Shown here: positions 25,401 through 38,339 of the stretch, piece by piece
Position numbering within the stretch: position 1 is the first letter of the stretch
Layout: each line of letters starts with the position of its first letter
Origin: Balanoglossus misakiensis
Taxonomy: Eukaryota > Animalia > Hemichordata
Direction: 5' to 3'
NCBI GenBank assembly: GCA_040954595.2
Contig: CM082597.2
Coordinates: forward strand, 8,897,778 to 8,961,777
Length of the DNA stretch: 64,000 nt
The notes under the pieces: generated by a model
The model's input: the letters and a program-made list of their open reading frames with translations, nothing else
Database searches by the model: none
Told to the model about the DNA's origin: nothing
Translations under genes and position numbers: made by a program

Positions 25401-28400
25401 ACGCGCAGAAGTCGTGCCCAGAACACCAAAACAACCAAGCGGGCAATATCAGCGCACGCGACAGGGCTTTATCAACTCTAGCCATGTTATATCACTTTTT
25501 TTTCTATATCACGTGAGCGCGTCTCAGCCAATCACGAAAACGGTATAATACGTGAGGTGTAATAAACACAAAACAAAATTACTGATAAACTAGCCTGAAG
25601 TTATAGATAATGGCCCTTTAATTCAAAAGTTTACCAAAAATCATGTTTGTTATAAGGAAGAAAAAAATCAAATTATTTTTTTTTTAGTTGAAATGAATTT
25701 AAATCTAATACATGTGTCTGGTTTTTTTTTTAAAAGTGTTTGTATGTCGAATGGACGGGAAAAGGTGTTTTGTATAGGCAGGTTTCCAGATTAGACAGAG
25801 TTAGTGGTTTATGCAAGTTTTACTGTAAAAAATAACTGGTTTTGGAATTTGACAGTTTACAAGTGAGCACTTATTCTGGATGTTGCAGGTCCCTGGATTG
25901 TCCAAATACATTCTTGTAGAATGTAATAATTATCATCTGGGTATCCAGTGCTGTGAAAGGTCCCCGATTCACCAGTTTCCAAACCACCACATGTTCCTGA
26001 ATATCATTAAAATAAAAAGAAAGAGTATGTTTGTGTGATGAATGGTCATAAAGATTCAGCTCATCAAGTTGACGAAATTTCATTGATGATAAAATTACTT
26101 CACCAACAGTGAGTATCCAATGTACATGTATAAAACAATGTTTGTATTAGTATAAATCAAATGTAAAAATTTTGAAACGACATTTATCACACCCGAAAAT
26201 TCCAAGAACCGCATATTATGATTCTCTAAGCTCAAACTATCAGTGTGACAGATGCCAGATTCTTAAAATACTTGGCCCAGTTTTGTTTCTGATTTATATT
26301 TATGACATACTGTAAAACAGGAAATTTTTCATGATATCAAAAGTGGCAACTGTTATGCGATGATTGATTTTCGCATTCTCATATTTCACGGCATTGCTAT
26401 CTTCGAAAAACATTTTTACACAACTTGTTTATTTTCGCGTTTTTTTGGCTCTCGCATAGTTCGCAAAAATGTATCGCTCGCGAAAATTTCCTGTTTACAG
26501 TACAAAATTCTTTGAGGATCAGACTTTCTGCTGACAGTTCAAAAGTAGTCTTTAGTTGCAAAGGAGATGATCATACAAATAACCATACAATTAATGAGTG
26601 GAATTATCTAGCGACAACTGGCCTCAATTTTGAATTTCAAATATAACACCATTCTGCACCCAAGGAGACATCACATGATTCCTTGATTAACCAGCTACAC
26701 ATAACATCATCAGGGTAAGTGCTAACATCATACCCTGGTGACTGAATCGTGCCAAAACTACGCAGAATTTCAATTCCCTGGCAACCTTTAAAGAAACAAG
26801 TGACCTATCGGTCAAAAGAGCTCTGCTGACTTTAACAGTGAAACCTATAGCTGGGCAATGATATGAATACCCTAGGTTTTAATCATAACAATTGTATTCT
26901 ATTAAACAAAACCAAACATAGACATCACAAGTATTTAATATCCACATTCAGCCTGATTCATTGTGCTAAAGAAAGAAAGAATTTATTCCTAAAGAACAAC
27001 ATCAAAAGGAAGTACCAAGGTACTAATTTGCATATTCATGACCCGATCAAAATTCCAATAAAACAAAATCAGGTAGGGGCACCATAACACACATTCTACC
27101 AAATTTCAGCTCCATCGTACATGTAGTTAGGGAGAAGAAGATTTTTTACCAAAAATTATATTTTTAGATCTAATTTGCATATTCATGACCCGATCATATC
27201 CAAATTTATGAAATCAGGTAGGGGCACCATAACACACATTCCTGCCAAATTTCAGCTCCATCGTACATGTAGTTAGGGAGAAGAAACTGTTTGACCAACA
27301 TTCTATTTTTAGATCTAATTTGCATATTTATGACCCCATCAAATCCAAATTTACAAAATCAGGTAGGGGCACCATAACACACATTCCTACCAAATTATAG
27401 CTAAATATGCAATGTCGTTTTAACGAAGAAGATTGAAATACCGAAAGTTGACGGACGACGGACAACGGACGCCGGACGACAGACGGACACTTATCAACCT
27501 ACTGCTACAGCTTGGCTGACACAAGTGACAGCCAAGCTAAAAATACCAAACAAGGAATAATGAATTCAATCCACAGGTTTGGTGTAATCCTGGCTGCCTT
27601 TTATTTTGTGCTAGGGGATCAAATCACATAATAATTGCCTTCTGGATAAAAAGTCGTACGCGACAGAAGAAATGACTGTTAACTGTATATGACTTCCTTA
27701 GGTCAAACCTTTCTGTCGTTATACATGTAGTTATCAAATTAAACTCATTTAACTTTTTTCACATTTTGTTATTTTTTCTGTTAAAAAGTTCCATAATGAC
27801 CCAGTATCAGATTAGCTTATATTATAAACTTCCAGAAAGAATGGCAAAAGAAGATAGATCTGTGATCCTTACAATTCTTACTGGGTTGAAATTCTTTGGG
27901 AATGATTTTAAGTGATTTAAAGGGACAATATAAGGACACCTTTAGCATTGATGAGGTAATATAAGAATACATCTGATAAAGAATATTTTCACATCCCAAT
28001 AAACCAAAATCCAAAACAACTGGAAGAGCCGTTTCTGACATAAGTGGACTTTTGGACCAAAAATGTCTAAAACTACCCACCCCCCTCCTCCCCAGTATTG
28101 ATATTTGTCACATGTTTATGTACACCATAATAACAAATATTGTAGGTCCTTGTAAACCAAATTTTAAGAAATCGGAAAAGTGACTACTGAGAATTGACCA
28201 GAAATGACAAAAATAAAATGTATTTTTAAAAATATAATTACTAATTTTTGTCATGCTGTAAAACAACTCACACGATTAATTGCATCTGAATCCACTACCT
28301 GTAAAGTGACAACAAATTCTGTTGTGAATGATGCCAGCTGTCAGTTACAATCTTCATTGTTGAGATAATTCTTGCCTTCAAAATATTCTGTACTGCTGAG

Positions 28401-31400
28401 ATTCTGTTTATATGACTGTGCTATGAAATTCCCACCACACAAAGATGCTTCAAAGCCAGTAGCAGTATGCGAACTATCTGAGAGAAATTTCACCAACATT
28501 GCATTACCACTGCTAATAACTTCATCAGGCTGGTCCGGTCCACTGTATGTGGCAAGAACTTTGGATGGGTCAAACACAGACACCTCGACAATGACAACAG
28601 TATCATGATAAAGTTCAGTGTCAAAATGTAGAAACTGAAAAGAATAAAAAAATGTCACAACACACATCATAAATAGTGAGCTGTCTCAAGCCAATATACA
28701 TGAAAATAAACACAGTTTCATGACTTAAGCCCCATTAGCTGTAACTTTTTGCATTTTTCAGTATTTCTATTCTGTGTATCAATTATAGTTTCTTGTTCAG
28801 CTACGCAGGGCAGAGTTAAATCCATAGTCTTAACTTCTCAACGAAACCTATGAGGGCACAATCGGCATTGTTGTTGTTTGAAAACATTCGTAAATAATAA
28901 CAACAGTCAGTACACATACACATGACTCGTTGACAAGCAGAGAGCTGGGTGTGATGGGTTACTCATGAGGAGAGGAACAAGAAAAAGTGTTTAATTTAAA
29001 TAATAACACATGATAGCGAGGGCAATATCACGATTTGAAGCCTGCATGAGGGATGGTGATCTCTGACCATAATATTGATGATGCCCGAGCCGCAGGCGAG
29101 GGTATCATCAATATTTTGGTCAGAGATCACCAGCCCGAGGGCAGGCTTCAAATCGTGATGTTGCCCGAGCATAATGTGTTATTAATTTTATTACGCCGAA
29201 CATTTGAACGTACATACACTGCAGCATGTAGCATGTAGACTCGCGTCCATATGTCGTACGTTGCTGAGAATGTAAAATGTCTCGATCTCCCAAGAATTAT
29301 ACGATACCTACTTCGAACTTAGATTATTTTGAAAATACTGCGCTGTTGGTTGCGATTTTGGTGTATTTACTGCCCGTTTGCAGTAAAATATCATCCAGTA
29401 GAACAGGTGTTAAGCCTGTGTGTCGCTTTGAAGCCATATAGATGCGGGAGTTGACTGATCGTGAAGGAAGCCATTGAACGACAGTTTGGAACGCGCAGAA
29501 GTCGTGCCCAGAACACCAAAACAACCAAGCGGGCAATATCAGCGCACGCGACAGGGCTTTATCAACTCTAGCCATGTTATATCACTTTTTTTTCTATATC
29601 ACGTGAGCGCGTCTCAGCCAATCACGAAAACGGTATAATACGTGAGGTGTAATAAACACAAAACAAAATTACTGATAAACTAGCCTGAAGTTATAGATAA
29701 TGGCCCTTTAATTCAAAAGTTTACCAAAAATCATGTTTGTTATAAGGAAGAAAAAAATCAAATTATTTTTTTTTTAGTTGAAATGAATTTAAATCTAATA
29801 CATGTGTCTGGTTTTTTTTTTAAAAGTGTTTGTATGTCGAATGGACGGGAAAAGGTGTTTTGTATAGGCAGGTTTCCAGATTAGACAGAGTTAGTGGTTT
29901 ATGCAAGTTTTACTGTAAAAAATAACTGGTTTTGGAATTTGACAGTTTACAAGTGAGCACTTATTCTGGATGTTGCAGGTCCCTGGATTGTCCAAATACA
30001 TTCTTGTAGAATGTAATAATTATCATCTGGGTATCCAGTGCTGTGAAAGGTCCCCGATTCACCAGTTTCCAAACCACCACATGTTCCTGAATATCATTAA
30101 AATAAAAAGAAAGAGTATGTTTGTGTGATGAATGGTCATAAAGATTCAGCTCATCAAGTTGACGAAATTTCATTGATGATAAAATTACTTCACCAACAGT
30201 GAGTATCCAATGTACATGTATAAAACAATGTTTGTATTAGTATAAATCAAATGTAAAAATTTTGAAACGACATTTATCACACCCGAAAATTCCAAGAACC
30301 GCATATTATGATTCTCTAAGCTCAAACTATCAGTGTGACAGATGCCAGATTCTTAAAATACTTGGCCCAGTTTTGTTTCTGATTTATATTTATGACATAC
30401 TGTAAAACAGGAAATTTTTCATGATATCAAAAGTGGCAACTGTTATGCGATGATTGATTTTCGCATTCTCATATTTCACGGCATTGCTATCTTCGAAAAA
30501 CATTTTTACACAACTTGTTTATTTTCGCGTTTTTTTGGCTCTCGCATAGTTCGCAAAAATGTATCGCTCGCGAAAATTTCCTGTTTACAGTACAAAATTC
30601 TTTGAGGATCAGACTTTCTGCTGACAGTTCAAAAGTAGTCTTTAGTTGCAAAGGAGATGATCATACAAATAACCATACAATTAATGAGTGGAATTATCTA
30701 GCGACAACTGGCCTCAATTTTGAATTTCAAATATAACACCATTCTGCACCCAAGGAGACATCACATGATTCCTTGATTAACCAGCTACACATAACATCAT
30801 CAGGGTAAGTGCTAACATCATACCCTGGTGACTGAATCGTGCCAAAACTACGCAGAATTTCAATTCCCTGGCAACCTTTAAAGAAACAAGTGACCTATCG
30901 GTCAAAAGAGCTCTGCTGACTTTAACAGTGAAACCTATAGCTGGGCAATGATATGAATACCCTAGGTTTTAATCATAACAATTGTATTCTATTAAACAAA
31001 ACCAAACATAGACATCACAAGTATTTAATATCCACATTCAGCCTGATTCATTGTGCTAAAGAAAGAAAGAATTTATTCCTAAAGAACAACATCAAAAGGA
31101 AGTACCAAGGTACTAATTTGCATATTCATGACCCGATCAAAATTCCAATAAAACAAAATCAGGTAGGGGCACCATAACACACATTCTACCAAATTTCAGC
31201 TCCATCGTACATGTAGTTAGGGAGAAGAAGATTTTTTACCAAAAATTATATTTTTAGATCTAATTTGCATATTCATGACCCGATCATATCCAAATTTATG
31301 AAATCAGGTAGGGGCACCATAACACACATTCCTGCCAAATTTCAGCTCCATCGTACATGTAGTTAGGGAGAAGAAACTGTTTGACCAACATTCTATTTTT

Positions 31401-34400
31401 AGATCTAATTTGCATATTTATGACCCCATCAAATCCAAATTTACAAAATCAGGTAGGGGCACCATAACACACATTCCTACCAAATTATAGCTAAATATGC
31501 AATGTCGTTTTAACGAAGAAGATTGAAATACCGAAAGTTGACGGACGACGGACAACGGACGCCGGACGACAGACGGACACTTATCAACCTACTGCTACAG
31601 CTTGGCTGACACAAGTGACAGCCAAGCTAAAAATACCAAACAAGGAATAATGAATTCAATCCACAGGTTTGGTGTAATCCTGGCTGCCTTTTATTTTGTG
31701 CTAGGGGATCAAATCACATAATAATTGCCTTCTGGATAAAAAGTCGTACGCGACAGAAGAAATGACTGTTAACTGTATATGACTTCCTTAGGTCAAACCT
31801 TTCTGTCGTTATACATGTAGTTATCAAATTAAACTCATTTAACTTTTTTCACATTTTGTTATTTTTTCTGTTAAAAAGTTCCATAATGACCCAGTATCAG
31901 ATTAGCTTATATTATAAACTTCCAGAAAGAATGGCAAAAGAAGATAGATCTGTGATCCTTACAATTCTTACTGGGTTGAAATTCTTTGGGAATGATTTTA
32001 AGTGATTTAAAGGGACAATATAAGGACACCTTTAGCATTGATGAGGTAATATAAGAATACATCTGATAAAGAATATTTTCACATCCCAATAAACCAAAAT
32101 CCAAAACAACTGGAAGAGCCGTTTCTGACATAAGTGGACTTTTGGACCAAAAATGTCTAAAACTACCCACCCCCCTCCTCCCCAGTATTGATATTTGTCA
32201 CATGTTTATGTACACCATAATAACAAATATTGTAGGTCCTTGTAAACCAAATTTTAAGAAATCGGAAAAGTGACTACTGAGAATTGACCAGAAATGACAA
32301 AAATAAAATGTATTTTTAAAAATATAATTACTAATTTTTGTCATGCTGTAAAACAACTCACACGATTAATTGCATCTGAATCAACTACCTGTAAAGTGAC
32401 AACAAATTCTGTTGTGAATGATGCCAGCTGTCAGTTACAATCTTCATTGTTGAGATAATTCTTGCCTTCAAAATATTCTGTACTGCTGAGATTCTGTTTA
32501 TATGACTGTGCTATGAAATTCCCACCACACAAAGATGCTTCAAAGCCAGTAGCAGTATGCGAACTATCTGAGAGAAATTTCACCAACATTGCATTACCAC
32601 TGCTAATAACTTCATCAGGCTGGTCCGGTCCACTGTATGTGGCAAGAACTTTGGATGGGTCAAACACAGACACCTCGACAATGACAACAGTATCATGATA
32701 AAGTTCAGTGTCAAAATGTAGAAACTGAAAAGAATAAAAAAATGTCACAACACACATCATAAATAGTGAGCTGTCTCAAGCCAATATACATGAAAATAAA
32801 CACAGTTTCATGACTTAAGCCCCATTAGCTGTAACTTTTTGCATTTTTCAGTATTTCTATTCTGTGTATCAATTATAGTTTCTTGTTCAGCTACGCAGGG
32901 CAGAGTTAAATCCATAGTCTTAACTTCTCAACGAAACCTATGAGGGCACAATCGGCATTGTTGTTGTTTGAAAACATTCGTAAATAATAACAACAGTCAG
33001 TACACATACACATGACTCGTTGACAAGCAGAGAGCTGGGTGTGATGGGTTACTCATGAGGAGAGGAACAAGAAAAAGTGTTTAATTTAAATAATAACACA
33101 TGATAGCGAGGGCAATATCACGATTTGAAGCCTGCATGAGGGATGGTGATCTCTGACCATAATATTGATGATGCCCGAGCCGCAGGCGAGGGTATCATCA
33201 ATATTTTGGTCAGAGATCACCAGCCCGAGGGCAGGCTTCAAATCGTGATGTTGCCCGAGCATAATGTGTTATTAATTTTATTACGCCGAACATTTGAACG
33301 TACATACACTGCAGCATGTAGCATGTAGACTCGCGTCCATATGTCGTACGTTGCTGAGAATGTAAAATGTCTCGATCTCCCAAGAATTATACGATACCTA
33401 CTTCGAACTTAGATTATTTTGAAAATACTGCGCTGTTGGTTGCGATTTTGGTGTATTTACTGCCCGTTTGCAGTAAAATATCATCCAGTAGAACAGGTGT
33501 TAAGCCTGTGTGTCGCTTTGAAGCCATATAGATGCGGGAGTTGACTGATCGTGAAGGAAGCCATTGAACGACAATTTGGAACGCGCAGAAGTCGTGCCCA
33601 GAACACCAAAACAACCAAGCGGGCAATATCAGCGCACGCGACAGGGCTTTATCAACTCTAGCCATGTTATATCACTTTTTTTTCTATATCACGTGAGCGC
33701 GTCTCAGCCAATCACGAAAACGGTATAATACGTGAGGTGTAATAAACACAAAACAAAATTACTGATAAACTAGCCTGAAGTTATAGATAATGGCCCTTTA
33801 ATTCAAAAGTTTACCAAAAATCATGTTTGTTATAAGGAAGAAAAAAATCAAATTATTTTTTTTTTAGTTGAAATGAATTTAAATCTAATACATGTGTCTG
33901 TTTTTTTTTTTAAAAGTGTTTGTATGTCGAATGGACGGGAAAAGGTGTTTTGTATAGGCAGGTTTCCAGATTAGACAGAGTTAGTGGTTTATGCAAGTTT
34001 TACTGTAAAAAATAACTGGTTTTGGAATTTGACAGTTTACAAGTGAGCACTTATTCTGGATGTTGCAGGTCCCTGGATTGTCCAAATACATTCTTGTAGA
34101 ATGTAATAATTATCATCTGGGTATCCAGTGCTGTGAAAGGTCCCCGATTCACCAGTTTCCAAACCACCACATGTTCCTGAATATCATTAAAATAAAAAGA
34201 AAGAGTATGTTTGTGTGATGAATGGTCATAAAGATTCAGCTCATCAAGTTGACGAAATTTCATTGATGATAAAATTACTTCACCAACAGTGAGTATCCAA
34301 TGTACATGTATAAAACAATGTTTGTATTAGTATAAATCAAATGTAAAAATTTTGAAACGACATTTATCACACCCGAAAATTCCAAGAACCGCATATTATG

Positions 34401-34758
34401 ATTCTCTAAGCTCAAACTATCAGTGTGACAGATGCCAGATTCTTAAAATACTTGGCCCAGTTTTGTTTCTGATTTATATTTATGACATACTGTAAAACAG
34501 GAAATTTTTCATGATATCAAAAGTGGCAACTGTTATGCGATGATTGATTTTCGCATTCTCATATTTCACGGCATTGCTATCTTCGAAAAACATTTTTACA
34601 CAACTTGTTTATTTTCGCGTTTTTTTGGCTCTCGCATAGTTCGCAAAAATGTATCGCTCGCGAAAATTTCCTGTTTACAGTACAAAATTCTTTGAGGATC
34701 AGACTTTCTGCTGACAGTTCAAAAGTAGTCTTTAGTTGCAAAGGAGATGATCATACAA

Positions 34759-36263
34759 TTAAACCACGATCGTGACGTCACACTATTCAATAGACAAGTC
34801 ATTCACTGAGAGAACCTCCGTCTAACACAAAACCACAGGTTTAAAACCAAGTCCCGGGTAGTTCTAGAACTACCTCCGGGGGTTCTAGAACTACCGCAGG
34901 ACTCAGTCTCACCTGTCGTAACAAAAATACAAATACACAATGCTTTATTTGCATAATTACATTTACTTCTATACCTGTATTCAAAGTACATTTCATTTGA
35001 ATAGAGTAATTGTTATGTTAATTGAAAGCGAACTGGATATGCGACAGTCTCCGGATCATTTCATTCAATGCTTCACATTCACAGTTTTGTCTACTGACGT
35101 ACAAAGCTAATGTCTTGGTGGCTCTCGAGAGTCTTCATAACATGATAATAAAAGTATAAAATAGACAAAAATCAATTCACCAGAAACAAACTAACGTTGC
35201 AATAAATTAACTACAAATTTCTAGAAAATTATACTAAATCACATTATCCCCAGATTTGCTTGTATTACTCTAACCAGATGCTTCACTTCGATTTTGCTTC
35301 ACTACCGACATGTAACAAGGTTGGCTGTTTTAGGCCTAAAACCCGCGTACCTTGCAAAATTCTGCTTACTTTTTGTTGCTGTTCACCAGACGTGGGTTTG
35401 TAATGTCGGACGGATTCACTTCGGTATCAAGTCTTTTCGCAGATGAGTTACTCACCAATATCGCTACCATACAGACGTGTTGCCGCTGTGGCTCGTAGAG
35501 AGTGGTTCGTTCAAAAGCCAGGGAGGCCAATACATAGACGGGCAGTAGTACCATGTAGAGCATTGTTACCCGGTTTTTGCTTTACCAACATGTAGCCGCT
35601 TGTTTTCGCAGATGATATAGATCGGAACTACATGTATCTTCAGATCGATTTCATGGACATTTGAAGGAAAATAAAAAAAAAACGTGACACTTACATGTAG
35701 GCCTTCTGCATTTGGCCTAGAAAATTTTCGCGTAAGCTTACCATGTGCACGCAAAACCCCAATAGCTGTAACGCTTCCCATAATACACTACGTAACACAC
35801 CTGTAAAGTTTAATTTGATGCAAATTAGTGTTTGAAATTAGCATATCACTCTGACACGTAAGCATGAACATTTAGAGTAACACCTGTCAAGCGTGGGCGA
35901 TCTTGTAAGGCCCAGCAGGGCGGTCTAGAACTACCTGCCCACGACATGATTCATTTATAGGAAAAGGGGTGGCCAACCAAATTTCACAGTCAGCAATGAA
36001 GAATAAGCCTCTTTTGATAAGCTTTTGTTCGTTCATTTTATTGAATCGTTGAGTAAAACGACGTCTTTGTGGTACACGAAGCTCCAATGGTGACAATGTC
36101 TGTGGGGGGTCGTGGTTTAAGTTAGAGAACCACCTCCCCCTCAGTGGTTCTTGGTTTCCAATCGCCTCGGGCCTGCGGCCCTCGGCAATTAGAAACCAAG
36201 AACCACCTCGGGGTCGGTGGTTCTCTATTACATAAATAGTGTAAAAGAAATTGTTAAGTAAAC
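34759..36263 (-). mobile_element. 1505-bp non-coding hairpin-ended element, present only in tandem unit 4, no TSD
   Basis: Absent from units 1-3 (empty site GATCATACAA|ATAACCATAC). Hairpin at 36123-36227; inverted repeat TTAAACCACGA (34759-34769) / TCGTGGTTTAA (36110-36120). Confidence 0.75.
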
Positions 36264-36429
36264 ATAACCATACAATTAATGAGTGGAATTATCTAGCGAC
36301 AACTGGCCTCAATTTTGAATTTCAAATATAACACCATTCTGCACCCAAGGAGACATCACATGATCTGATCCCCCTTGTTTAACTTTTAGTGGTGAGCTCT
36401 TCCAAGTATATCTTGTATTGCTTAGGGGA

Positions 36430-36730
36430 CTCTAACTCTCTCTCCTTCCCTCCCTTCCACCCCCTCCCCCTCCCTCTCTAGCTCTCTCTCTCCCCTCTCC
36501 CGCCCCTCTCCCTCCCCTCTCCCGCCCCTCTCCCTCCCTCCCACCCCTCTCTAGCTCTCTCTCCCTCCCTACCCCCCTCTACCCCTCCCTCTCCCTCTAG
36601 TTCTCTCTCCCCCTCTCCCTCACTACCACCCTCCCTCCCTCCCTCCCTGTCACTCTCCAGCTCTCTCTCCCTCCCCTCTCACTCTCCCCTCCCAGCCTCT
36701 CCCTCCCGCTCTTTTGCACACACTCTCTCT
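36430..36730. repeat. CT-rich low-complexity polypyrimidine tract
   Basis: About 300 bp of CCCT/CTCT motifs. Confidence 0.9.
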
Positions 36731-36825
36731 TAGTATATATATTGGGAGGTGACTACAGCAGTGCGAGAAAAGTAAAGACCTGATGCGAGTAAGGGAAGAT
36801 TCTAGCTGATTTGAATCAGACTTAC

Positions 36826-37041
36826 CTTCAGCACAAGCTGCTACTTCACACATTGACAGACTGACATCATCACATCTTGCATGATACAATGGGTAATTAT
36901 TTTCAAAGAGGTTTAACCTCACACATTGCCCAGTGGAGGCATCAGGTTCTGTGTCTGCCCATCGACCATCAAAGACACTACCTTTCCTGCCATCTGAATA
37001 ATCATATTCCACACTGCCATCTCGATTGGGTCCACTAAATC
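36826..37041 (-). CDS. Exon: C-type lectin C-terminal part (GFSGPNRDGSVEYDYSDGRKGSVFDGRWADTEPDASTGQCVRLNLFENNYPLYHARCDDVSLSMCEVAACAE)
   Basis: tag acceptor, gtaagt donor, 216 nt, phase 1-1; W...EP....CV...C.......C lectin pattern. Confidence 0.88.
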
Positions 37042-37077
37042 CTATAAAATGGAAATAAAGAAAGAAGATGCATACAG

Positions 37078-37272
37078 CAGTGTTTCATCCAGGATGGGGG
37101 GGGGGGGATATGTCCCCCTTTGCTTGAATAGTTGCACTCTTGCAAGGAGGGGAATGAGTGACATCGCTGAGTCTGTAAGGGGCACCATTTCCCCCTTGAC
37201 AAATTTCTAGAGGGGTGCCAACATGCTGACAGTGGGCGAATTCCCTCATCCCTCCATCTGGATGAAAAACTG
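37078..37272. mobile_element. hAT-type MITE
   Basis: TIRs CAGTGTTTCATCCAG / CTGGATGAAAAACTG; direct repeat CATACAG on both sides (7-8 bp TSD). Confidence 0.75.
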
Positions 37273-37485
37273 CATACAGAGTCACTTAATAGCAAGATTT
37301 TGTGAGGTTATTGAGATGTAAAAAATAGGCTTTTCAATTACCATCTTGAGACAATTATCATTCAAGTGTTACTATGCAGTGCTTACTTGTAAACTGTCAA
37401 ATTCCAAAACCAGTTATTTTTTACACTTGATACACCCACAAATTATTTGGGAACACTGACAAACACTGTTAAAAGACACACTCAC

Positions 37486-37604
37486 CAATCCAACCATGGT
37501 TCGCTGTTTCATTGGAAGTCTCTTCAATCTGGTTTACAATCTCTGCTCCAGCATAACGATTTTCAGAATAACCCTCAATTACTGTCAAGTGCCCACCATA
37601 AAAT
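37486..37604 (-). CDS. Exon: C-type lectin middle (FYGGHLTVIEGYSENRYAGAEIVNQIEETSNETANHGWIG)
   Basis: cag acceptor, gtgagt donor, 119 nt, phase 2-1; GGHL..I....EN and WIG motifs; not in the ORF track. Confidence 0.88.
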
Positions 37605-38339
37605 CTGAAAATAAACCAATTTATAACACATCAAACATGTTCCAAACTAATTTCGAAATTCCAGTCCGTGAATAATACATTTCCTCTTTGAAAACATTTA
37701 ATATTGGTGAATAAGAGGTTCATAAATGTATAACATTAGATTTTTGTTTGTAAAGTCTATATTTTGTGTTACACCTTTCCAATAAGTGTGTGATTAGTGT
37801 AGATTTCGGCAGAATTTCTGGGAAAAAAGAATCTGTGAAAAATTCACCTGAATTTTGGGGAGAAAAAAATTTGCTGAACGTTTCCTTTGAATAAAAAAGT
37901 TCAGCTTATTTCTTTTAGAGAAAACATGACAATTTCCAGGAAATGGCTGTTGTTTTTTTTTTTTTGGTGTGAATAAACTTAAAAGACAAATTCTGATACA
38001 GTTGCATCAAGGTGATGGAAGAAAATCCCAGATTAACAGGATATTTGGAGAATTTATCCAGAATTTCAAAATTAGTTCGAAATGTGACATTGTGTTATCA
38101 ATGATCTGTGTTGAGCAGTCGAACGATGAACGGGTAGTTGACAATTCCCACGAGCACACCCGTATCTTTCCTCGGTAGTTGCGCCGGGCCGGTCGGCAAT
38201 GTAACAGAAAAAGTGGTACGATATGCCAGCTGAGCCGTCGCTAGTCTACAATTCCGAGTCTACAAGGCCGTCTCTAACTAAAAATTATAATAACTATCGA
38301 GGAACGTGACAATTATATCAGCGAATGTGGGGCTGGGGG

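Larger units (their letters stand above)
18499..36363. repeat. Four tandem copies of a 4090-bp intragenic block (units start 18499, 22589, 26679, 30769); unit 4 has an extra 1505 bp
   Basis: The ORF track repeats at exact +4090 offsets. Junction CATCACATGA|TTCCTTGATT. 4x4090+1505 = 17865, which equals the span. Confidence 0.97.

Noticed and set aside
34856-34895. Heat-shock elements (GTTCTAGAAC twice)
   Set aside because: Only two nGAAn units each, inside a mobile element, with no promoter evidence.
34763-36116. piggyBac-type TTAA transposon
   Set aside because: The empty site has no TTAA at the junction, and the inserted DNA extends 143 bp beyond the right TTAA to include the hairpin. The TTAA motifs are part of the element's inverted repeat.
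18499-36363. Tandem exon cassettes for Dscam-like alternative splicing
   Set aside because: The copies are essentially identical and each carries the stop and the lost donor, so they add no diversity.
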